From NCBI GenBank assembly GCA_052055015.1, contig JBQJIT010000061.1: a stretch of 37,833 nt of DNA; one strand, given 5' to 3'. The stretch is from Malassezia furfur. Its lineage: Eukaryota. Below the pieces are notes generated by a model. The model made no database searches. It had not been told where the DNA came from and saw only the letters and a program-made list of their open reading frames with translations. Positions 10,637 to 19,594 of this stretch are shown here, piece after piece. The stretch's first letter is position 1. Each line of letters begins with the position of its first letter. A program made the translations under genes and the position numbers.

Positions 10637-11335
10637 CTAAGAGCTCGGCGGCGCGAAAATCTCGCCGGCCCACGCGGGCGTCGGCTGCGCGTACGACCCA
10701 TTCGCCTGGTGGAGCGTGCCGAGCACCTGGTTCTTGCGCGCCTGTGCGGCGACCAGACGCTCGGCCTCGGTGCCGTGCCGCTCGCCATGCCGCGCGTCCT
10801 TCTTGATCGCATAAGCGACCGTCATGGGGCGGTTCACGAGGAACTGGTTGTTGAGCGCCTCGATCGCCGCATCGGACGCCTCGAACGAGTCAAACGACAC
10901 AAAGCCGTGGTTCTTCGACTCGTTCGTCACGCTGTCGCGCACAATTTTGGGGGTGCCTAGGATGGTCCCAAAGGCATGGAAGGTATCGTACAGCATCCGC
11001 TCGTCCACACTCGCGTCCAAATTCCCCACAAACAAGTTGGCACCAATGTCCAAGGGCTGCTTCGTATCTGCAGCCGCCATATTTACACGGATCGGTTTGC
11101 CAAACAGTTTGATGCCGTTCAGGATGAGACACGCGTACTGCGCATCGACCTCGTTGTGGAACTCAGCAAACGCAAAGCCTTGATGTAGTTGTGATACTCG
11201 GTCTTTGGGCATATACACATGTACCACTTGTCCGGCCTGGTACATGAGCTCCCACATGAGCTCGTCCGTGACGCGCTCGTCCAAGTTGCCGACGTAGCAC
11301 GTCGCATCTTGGTTGCGCTCCATCTCGCGCGACAT
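10637..11335 (-). CDS. HSH49: Splicing factor SF3b subunit 4 (two RRMs)
   Basis: [56 protein letters not shown] are SF3B4 signatures. Confidence 0.95.
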   Translation of the reverse strand: MSREMERNQDATCYVGNLDERVTDELMWELMYQAGQVVHVYMPKDRVSQLHQGFAFAEFHNEVDAQYACLILNGIKLFGKPIRVNMAAADTKQPLDIGANLFVGNLDASVDERMLYDTFHAFGTILGTPKIVRDSVTNESKNHGFVSFDSFEASDAAIEALNNQFLVNRPMTVAYAIKKDARHGERHGTEAERLVAAQARKNQVLGTLHQANGSYAQPTPAWAGEIFAPPSS

Positions 11336-11404
11336 GGTGGTGCGGTGCGGTGCTGACTAACCGCGTGCTCCAAAATCCTCGTCGGCAGAAATTCTTCGCT
11401 TCTC

Positions 11405-11651
11405 TTTGAACATAATCCACGGAGGTGCGTTGCCCCTCACTCACGCCGCAGACTCAAAGTTCGGGCTCGGCGACTCGTACCGACGTCCGCGTTCCCGTCT
11501 CCAAGACGAAAAACCCACCGGTAGGTGGGCAGGTGTGGGTGCGTCTGGGGCATTTCCTGCCGTCCTGCCGCTCTCCTTCGGGATAGAGCGACGGATGGCA
11601 GTCGAGATCACCCTAGATGTGCCCTCATTTGGGTCGTGTGTTCAGACACTG
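11405..11651 (+). ncRNA. H/ACA box snoRNA, snR37-like (predicted guide for the LSU rRNA Psi2944-equivalent), with a 27-nt intron at 11425-11451
   Basis: Guide hairpin: lower stem GGAG|AC/GTCTCC, pocket TCAAAGTT (11454-11461) and CGTTCCC (11490-11496), upper stem CGGGC/GTCCG. H box AGACGA (11504-11509) lies 14 nt from the pocket top. Further hairpins include a C-UUCG-G capped stem, and ACA is at 11646-11648 plus 3 nt. The pocket pairs with conserved LSU GGGAACG[U]G AGCU. The 5' end is approximate. Confidence 0.78.
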
Positions 11652-12439
11652 GCTTGACCAGACCGCCTTGCAGGAGTGCGGAATGGGCACAGGACCAATA
11701 TTTCTGCTCAGTCAGATTGTATACTAAGGTGTGTACAGGCTACATGCCGGCCTTGCCTCGTGAGAGACCTTAAGTCTACGCTAGGATGTGCACACAGTGT
11801 CGCCCCAAACTGTATTACTTTGATGATCGACCAACGAAGTACAGCCAAACAACCTCTTCATCACTGAGCATCACCAGCAAGGCCGGCAGCCGTGTCGGCG
11901 AACGATTTACTAATATACAGGACTCGGTCGCATTCATGCGTAATTACGTAGTCTGATAGATCTGGGCAGCGCAGTTCGCCTCAGCATAGGGTCGTGCCGA
12001 GACGCGGAAGGAAAAAGGGGCCTAGCGTGGTTGTCGAAATAATTGCCTATAGGGCACACGGCGAGGCGCGGCGCGGGCGCGGGGCTCCGCGCAACGCAGT
12101 GGGGCCCGATGGCCCCGCGCGGTCGACTGCGCACGCCCAGATTTTCTCAAATTCCGTGTGTGGGACGACGAAAGACGCGTAAACGGGAGTGAAATATCGG
12201 CCGAATCCATCTGGATATGCGCATTGACCCCACATTTTGACCAAAATGCGCTGATCCGCCAATCAAAACAAATAATCAGACCAGGGCTGGAAGTGTTGAC
12301 ACGCGAATGCCTAGCGTGGATAGACCAATGACAATTACCGCTCTTCGTTGGGACGCAGGTGTGGGAAGAAACCACATTTTCACAAACTTCATACAAAAAA
12401 GCAAAACAGACCATCCGACCGACCCCACAGACCACTGCC

Positions 12440-14221
12440 ATGAATCTCCGCCATATGGTCTACGGTGCACCCGTAGGTTTTCGGACCTACGGTGTGGCCC
12501 TCCTCGCCTCCATCGGTGGCTTTCTTTTCGGATGGTACGTCTTTGTTGTATTTCGTGAACCATGCTAACACACGCGAAGGGACACTGGTCAAATTGCTGA
12601 TCTGATGCTCATGGAGGACTTTATGACGCGTTTTGCGGAATATTCTCCTGATCCGACCGACCCTCTGCGTTTCCCGTACAAGTGGAACATGTGGAAGGAA
12701 GGTCTGATTGTTGGTCTGCTCAGTATCGGTGCCATCGTCGGATCTCTGCTCGGATCGCCCGTTGGTGACATCTTTGGTCGTCGTCATGGTATCTTCTCTG
12801 GGTGCATCATTATGTTTGTTGGTCTGATCATCCAAGTCGCCTCGGACCACTCGTGGATTCAGCTCGCTATCGGCCGTCTTGTGACAGGTGTTGCAATTGG
12901 CTGGCTCAGTGCGACGGTGCCGATCTACCAGTCTGAAACTGTGCCGCGCCAAGTTCGTGGTGCCTTGGTGGGATCGTTCCAGCTGTTTATTACCCTCGGC
13001 ATTCTGCTGTCGTACCTGACCTGCTATGGTACGCGCTACTACAGCAGCGGTGGCGAGCTCACTACGCCGGCATGGAACAACAAGGAGCCGACCTCTCGTG
13101 GCGAACCCCCTTCATCGGCACAATGGCGAGTACCTATTGGTTTAGGCTTTGCTTGGACCTTGATTCTAGCCGTCGGTATTTGGTTCTGCCCTGAAAGCCC
13201 GCGTTGGCTCGGCAAGCAGGAGCGTTACAACGAGATGCTTACCGTGCTGGCCAAGATGCGTGGTGTTGAAGAGGACGAGCCCTATGTGATGACCGAGTAT
13301 TATGACATCAAGCAGGAAGTCCTTGCTGAGCTCGAGCTTGAGAAGAAGAATCTCTTCGACTGCTTCCGCCTTGAGAACAAGACCTTGTACCGCACTTTGC
13401 TCGGTATGCTCATCCAGTCGGGCCAGCAATTGACCGGTGCCAACTACTTCTTCTACTACGGTGCCACCATCTTCCAGTCTGTCGGTATTTCCGACTCTTA
13501 CATTACCCAAATTATTCTCGGCGCGGTGAACACGGGTACGACGTTCTTGGGTCTGTGGGCCATGGACCGGTTTGGTCGTCGCTTTTGTCTGCTGCTGGGT
13601 GCCGCGTGGATGGTCATGTGGCTGATTATCTTCGCCACGGCAGGTGTTGTGGGTAACCCGATCGCGTTCGACTTGCCGGGCTCGCCGCCGAACCCGGACC
13701 ACTCGGATGACTATAACAAGTCGATTGGTACGCTGATGATCTGCTCTGCCTGCTTCTACATTCTGGCATTTGCCAGTACGTGGGGCCCGGGTGCTTGGAT
13801 TACCATCTCCGAGTTCTGTGCGCCGGAGACGCGTGGAATGCAGTTCTCGCTCGCGACGATGTGCAACTGGATTTGGAACTTCTGCATCGGTTTCTTCACG
13901 CCCCCCATCACCGGTGACATCAACTTCTACTACGGCTACATTTTCGTTGGCTGCAATACCTTCAACTTCCTGCTCATCTACTTCTGCCTTTATGAGACGG
14001 CCAACCTTACGCTGGAGGCCGTCAACACGATGTACCTTGACCCCAGCGTCAAACCTTGGAACTCGACCAAATGGGTTCCGGAAGGCTATACCTCGCGTCG
14101 CGGCATTAAGCAAGACATTGATGCGAAGGTGCGTGAAGTGGGTGGAGATGCGCGTCTGCCGGATCCGGAGATGATGAACAAGTCGACCGGGCTCCGTCTC
14201 CAAGATCGGGACCTGGAATAA
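12440..14221 (+). CDS. MFS sugar porter (hexose transporter family); intron 12535-12579
   Basis: Spliced N-terminus ASIGGFLFGWDTG; motifs DIFGRR, GRLVTG, PIYQSE..RG, PESPRWL, QQLTGANYFFYYG, DRFGRR, ETANLTLE. Confidence 0.93.
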
Positions 14222-14489
14222 GCCAATATCCAGTTTCCCTCAAAACTGTCGCGTAAAAAATCTAAATGGGTTTCTGTGCACATACTTTGAACAATTTTAC
14301 AGGCAAGCCTGCTTCGCGCATCCACACAATCTATGCATGATGGCCATTGATCTTCTGTATTGTTCATATACGTATGTAATGCCAGCATGTGCTTGCCTTT
14401 CTCTGTCGCGGATAGGGTGCAGTGTAAAGAGTGACGACACTAAGAGTCTTCTACGGATCGCCCAACGGTGGCGGAATATTAAGGGAAAA

Positions 14490-16372
14490 TTAGCGAGCAT
14501 CCTCTTCGATGCTTCGATTTTGCGTCATCTCATCGTACTCAAGTCCAGAGGTGGGCCCATTGGGAACAGGCATAGCAGTGTGACGAGCCGAGTCGAGCCG
14601 CGCACACGTCTTGCCGTCACGCGAAAGGGGTGGCACATATCCAGTGGCCGGTCGCCGTGACGCAGCAGTGTGCCGCAACGAGTCATACTCGGCCGCGTAG
14701 GGGATCCCTGAACTCCCCAACGAGAAGTTTGAGGCGAGATTGCGATGTCGCATTGGAAGATAGCGCGTAACGGGGGGATGAGTTGGAGGCAAGGCTTCAG
14801 TAGAAGCACTTTTCAGCATGGGATGGACAGGCAAACCGGATGCGGTCGAGGAGGCCAGCTCAGTCGATCCGGGTTCGCCAAAATACGTCGAACGCGACTT
14901 TTTCAACGGACGCTCGCCAAAGCTGTCCCGAGCCGGGATGAGCGGGTCAACAGCGGTGGCCTCGGGCGGTACCGATGCGTCGACGGGTGTCTGTCGGTTA
15001 GTAATGTGCCCCGTGGACGTAAAAACATACCGAGTAGGCGCTGGATGGAGCCGTATACCCTTCCTTCTTGCCTGGCAAAGCATGCTTGGGCAAAGGAAGC
15101 GATGGGCGAGACTGGGATGCAAGCGTAGGCGACGCATACCCCACCGAATGGCGCTTGGACTGGGGGTTTGCCCAGCGCATTTCGGCAGACATGGTCGGGC
15201 TGTACCTACCGTTGCCAAACGAGGGCGAATAGGAGGCACGGGGGGAGTGGGGCATGTAAAATGCATGATAGTTGAGATCGTGGGAGGCGGTAGGGTAGGA
15301 GGACGGACCGCCTGTCAAAGGCATAGAGGCACGACGCTGCTGGTCGTGCAATGGAAACGGTGGCCGGTCCGGCACGATCGACACAGATCGCGACGTATAC
15401 AAACGCGAGTCAGGGGTAAGGCCCGGCGGTCGCAACCTGGTGGAGATTTCGGAAAGCGATGGAAGGGCCGAAGGAGAACGCGAATCGCTCCACGTGCCCT
15501 CCGAAGCCCCTCTCCCATACATGCCTGAGGGTGAAGTCAACGGCGCATGGGTAGGGCTCGCTGCTGCACCAAAAACGGGGCGGTTGAGCGATTGGATCGG
15601 GGCAGAGGAGCTGGGTGCCGAATGAGGGGAAAACGAAGCAGGCTGAATCGAGCGCGGCACAGACTTGGTATCCAAACGAGGAAGAGTTGTCGGTTTGAGC
15701 AGTTTTGATGGAGTGCCATTCTTGGACAGCGTTGCTTGCCGCCCTTCGTTGTGATCATCGCTCTCTGCCGAGGCAGGCTGGCTGAGAAGGGAGCTAACAG
15801 CCACCGAACCCCCCGGCGATGCCAGGACCGGCTTGGCGGATTCCTTGGCCGTGCCCTTCTTCTCGTCTGAAGTAGCCCTAGGCTCGGGCTTAGCCCCGTC
15901 TGGGATGACGACACGGGCAAATGTCCGCTGGTTCTTTGCGGCCGAAGCAGCAAGGTTGGAGTGTAGAACAGTGAGCTGGCGCAGGATCTCTTCGTTGCGC
16001 TCTGGCGTGTCAGAGTGCACCGTCTGACAATGCTGTCGCAAGTTGTCGAGACGGGAAAAAGCCTTTTGGCAGTGACACTGGAAAGGACGTTCTCCTGTGT
16101 GCTTGCTGCGGTGTTAGTGGCGAGACCCTGCAGAAAACATACCGAACATGGCGAGCCAAGTGTTCGCTGCGTGTGAACACCATACGACAGTCGCCGAACC
16201 CAGAGCATTGGAAGACGGTGGTGCTTCCGGACCCTGAATTTGCGGGTGCCCCGGACGAGCCTTTGGCATCGGAGCTCCGCGCGGCCTTGGCCGGCTTAGT
16301 ATTCACTGGGTTGTCCCCACCGTTCGCAGCCCAGGAACGCGAGTCCTGCTTAACAGTGGAAGCGGACTGCAT
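14490..16372 (-). CDS. C2H2 zinc-finger transcription factor, Usv1/Rgm1/NsdC-like; introns 16106-16142, 14991-15030
   Basis: Splicing gives [54 protein letters not shown] followed by a Ser/Pro-rich tail. Both introns start GTATGT and have CTAAC branch sites. Confidence 0.85.
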
Positions 16373-17369
16373 CGCTTCTGGTGCGGCGGCTGACAGGCGT
16401 CGAAAAGAACTCAGTAACGATGGAGCTTCGGTGCCTAGGGAGCCCCGACGCCGAGTGTACCCCTCGACAACTGCAGGACACGAGGAACGTTCCTAGTCTG
16501 TGGGATTATGCGCGTAGACCCGATATGGCAAATGAAAACTCAGATAGGTCCTACGCGTAGTAAAAGGAATGCAAGTCATCCATTCATGCAGCGAAATAAC
16601 GTGCTTTGCGCCTGCGCCGAGAAAAAAATGCGCGATCCCCTCGACGTATGATCGACTTGTGCGGTACGCCAAAATAGATCGGGGTGCGCCGTGCGCTGAC
16701 GGCGCAATGCGCAGACCCCTGCGATGAACCAAAAATAGATATACCCGTTATACCGGATCAGGGCGGGCGGTACAAATGGAAAAGGGCAAGGATCCCTTTT
16801 CGTGACATGCCGAGTTGATTCAAACCCCGCGTTCGTTGGTCCAATCGAGCAAAGTTTTTGATTGGCGGATACTCGCCGCGTGCTGGGCTGGTCATCGCCC
16901 CAAATAGAATTAGGTCATTCGCCCCTGTAGGTGTTACCCTACGCCAGCCAACCTTGCGGCGCTCAGGCTAGGCATGCACGGCGTGAAATTCGGTCAGGGC
17001 ATCGATTGGCTGAATCCCTATCCCCAGTTGTCACAACAGTGGTGCAGCTGGGCACGGAATGTAAGTGTCTACGTGTGCACGGACAAAATTTGCATTGGTG
17101 GACCATACAGATGTGAGTCAACCGTGCCATTTTTTGTCATGCCAGAGCGATATGAATTGCTTGGGTTAGATGCGCGCCACACGTCGCCAGCTTGGGATAC
17201 ATAACCTCCGACCCAAGCCCCAAGTTGGGGAATATAAGCACCTGAGATCTCGTTGTAGATCGCCCAAGCCTGTCCACTGCGCTCACTGCTCAGCATAGGG
17301 ATTGCGAACGTATGTGTGTACGGCGCATTGTGTACGACGCCTAGCTTATGGAATAAGCAAGTGTCCGAC

Positions 17370-19346
17370 ATGATGAAAGTCGACACCTTACCTCGGAACC
17401 CGGCGGTCCATGCACTGGACCCCCGGTCTTCGACCCATGCACAAGTGCTTCAGCCCTACATTTCCCAATATCACTCCTGGAAGACGGGTGTGCCGTCCGA
17501 TCTATCGGCTGCCCCCTCCAGCCTCCCCGCGCCGGGAACCGAGGCGTCGGTGCCCACGGAGCAGACAGGTTCCGCACCCGCCACCGAAAGCGCGTCGATG
17601 CAAGCGAACCCCACATCGACTCAGAACCAAACGCCGTGGGATGCGGCGCGGGCCTCGGAGTGGTGTGCACAGATGGTGTGCTACCTATGGTATGCCAAAT
17701 CTGCCACGCTGCCCCGTGCGGAACATCCCTTTACTTCGACCTCCCGCCATCGGTCTGAGTCGCAGTCGGAAGTTCGGCCGCGTGGCGCGCTGCATGCGCG
17801 CGGGCGTACACATCGCAGTGCGCACTCAGTATCGTCGCTTAGGAGTATGGCCCCTGCAGGCGCTGCACGGATTCCGTCGCGGCACCAGCTGTACCCGACG
17901 GAGCGCTTCTACACCTTTGTCAAAGACGTGCTGCGCATGACGCAGGTATCCAAGACGGTCATTGCATTTTCTCTACTGTACATTTACCGCTTGAAGGTGC
18001 GGCATCCCAACCTCGAAGGCCAGTGTGGCAGCGAGTACCGCCTCTTTTTGACGTCGCTGGTGCTCGCAAACAAGTTTCTTGACGACCACACGTATACCAA
18101 CAAGACCTGGTCGGACGTGTCACGCATCCCGCTCAAGGAGATCACCAAAATGGAGCTGCAACTCTGGGGTGGCATTGACACGAACGCCAGCGCCACTGTC
18201 GAAGAGTATGCGTGGTGGCAGTCGACGCTCGACCAGCTCACGAGCCAGCGCAGCCTGGACCAGCGCTGGCTCACTGCGACCGACGTCACACCCGCTTTGT
18301 CGCCCAGCTCGTCGTTCAGCGATGTGTCGTCGGCAAGCACGGGTCAGCACTTTACGCCGCCGCCGTCGGCCGTGCCGGAGGTGCGGCCGCCGTGGAGCAC
18401 GGCGCCTGCGTCGACGACGTCTGCGCCATTGGCCAACACCAAGGACTATGCGGGCTTCCGTGCAGCCAAGCGGCGCCGCGCAAGCGACACCGACGACGAG
18501 GGCGTCGCGTGCAAGATCCAGCGCGACACATTGCCCGGCGGCATGCCGCAGATGACGGCGGTGCAAACTATGCAGGCGCCGCCCGTTGTGTCGCCACAGG
18601 ACGGCTGGTCGACGCGTGGGGTGCCGCGCCTTATTATGCCGTCTGAGCCTAACCCGGGCGGTGTCGCCCCGCGGCGGAGCGCCGTCGAATCGGTTCACAC
18701 ACCGAGTCCCGAAGCACGGCGCGGCTGCATGATGTCGTCGCCGAGCGAGCGGCCCAACATTTGGGACATGAAGCTGTCGCATACTTATGGCACGAGCGGT
18801 GCGGGCTTTGCGCCCGAATTGCTCTTGCCGTTTGAGTCGCTGTCGCCGTTTTCCACGCCCCACGACCATGCGTCGACGTCGCCGATGGTGTTTGGCTACT
18901 ACCGACTGGCCGCCGGGTACTCGCACGGGATCCCCGCGTACTGCATGATCAACCCCGTGGGGCTTCATGGCCTCCGCGCGATGGGCACATGCAACCCGGT
19001 GGGCCTGGACGACGCCGCGACGCCGCTGCCGGCGCCTGTGGCCGCCGGTGTGCCCTCTGCGTCGGGGATGCAACGCACGGCGCCGGACTACCTTTCTGCC
19101 ACGACACCGATGCCCGCGTCGTGGGGCAGCGCGACGCCGGTGGCGCACGCACCGTGGCCGCCGACGCCCTACTTTGCATCGCCCGAATACATGGGCATGC
19201 CGGGGGCGGGCGCCAAGCCGACGGCGCTGCCCGTGCACACACAGATGGACGGCCTCTTGCCGCCGCACGGCGCGATGCTGAGCAATCCCGTGTACAGTTT
19301 CCCTGGGACGACCTCGTCTGCCCCCCCGGCCACTGGAATACCCTGA
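17370..19346 (+). CDS. Pho85-type cyclin (Pcl/Clg1-like)
   Basis: Cyclin box FVKDVLRMTQVSKTVIAFSLLYIYRLK..GSEYRLFLTSLVLANKFLDDHTYTNKTWSDVS..EITKME, flanked by long low-complexity regions. The start codon is uncertain. Confidence 0.85.
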   Translation: MMKVDTLPRNPAVHALDPRSSTHAQVLQPYISQYHSWKTGVPSDLSAAPSSLPAPGTEASVPTEQTGSAPATESASMQANPTSTQNQTPWDAARASEWCAQMVCYLWYAKSATLPRAEHPFTSTSRHRSESQSEVRPRGALHARGRTHRSAHSVSSLRSMAPAGAARIPSRHQLYPTERFYTFVKDVLRMTQVSKTVIAFSLLYIYRLKVRHPNLEGQCGSEYRLFLTSLVLANKFLDDHTYTNKTWSDVSRIPLKEITKMELQLWGGIDTNASATVEEYAWWQSTLDQLTSQRSLDQRWLTATDVTPALSPSSSFSDVSSASTGQHFTPPPSAVPEVRPPWSTAPASTTSAPLANTKDYAGFRAAKRRRASDTDDEGVACKIQRDTLPGGMPQMTAVQTMQAPPVVSPQDGWSTRGVPRLIMPSEPNPGGVAPRRSAVESVHTPSPEARRGCMMSSPSERPNIWDMKLSHTYGTSGAGFAPELLLPFESLSPFSTPHDHASTSPMVFGYYRLAAGYSHGIPAYCMINPVGLHGLRAMGTCNPVGLDDAATPLPAPVAAGVPSASGMQRTAPDYLSATTPMPASWGSATPVAHAPWPPTPYFASPEYMGMPGAGAKPTALPVHTQMDGLLPPHGAMLSNPVYSFPGTTSSAPPATGIP

Positions 19347-19594
19347 GGCCCGCCGGCCCCCCTGCAGCGCCCAGAGCCGGATTCTGGGCGAGGATCATGA
19401 AATGGACCATGTCTTTGTAAATGCACTGTTAGCCTATCATTGTATTTCTACGTACCTACGCACCACTGCTTCTGCCCCTCGGCCGCGCCGCGCCCCGCGC
19501 CGCCGCGTGCCTGGGCGGCCGTTCGCGGCGGGTGGAGTCCACGTGGCTTGGTGCACGACGCCGTGTTCGCCGCGTGTGTGTTGGGTGCGCGGCC

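Noticed and set aside
10591..10694. Possible terminal intron in HSH49 (GTACGC at 10694 to CAG at 10634) giving a different C-terminus
   Set aside because: No CTRAC branch site, and the unspliced frame ends plausibly.
11340..11390. GTGCGG..CTGACTAAC..CAG on the + strand as a second intron in the snoRNA precursor
   Set aside because: Weak donor, branch-to-AG distance far longer than in other introns here, and it would put the TSS inside HSH49.
11821..11867. TGATGA..CTGA pair resembling C/D boxes
   Set aside because: Only 47 nt, with no recognisable rRNA antisense element.
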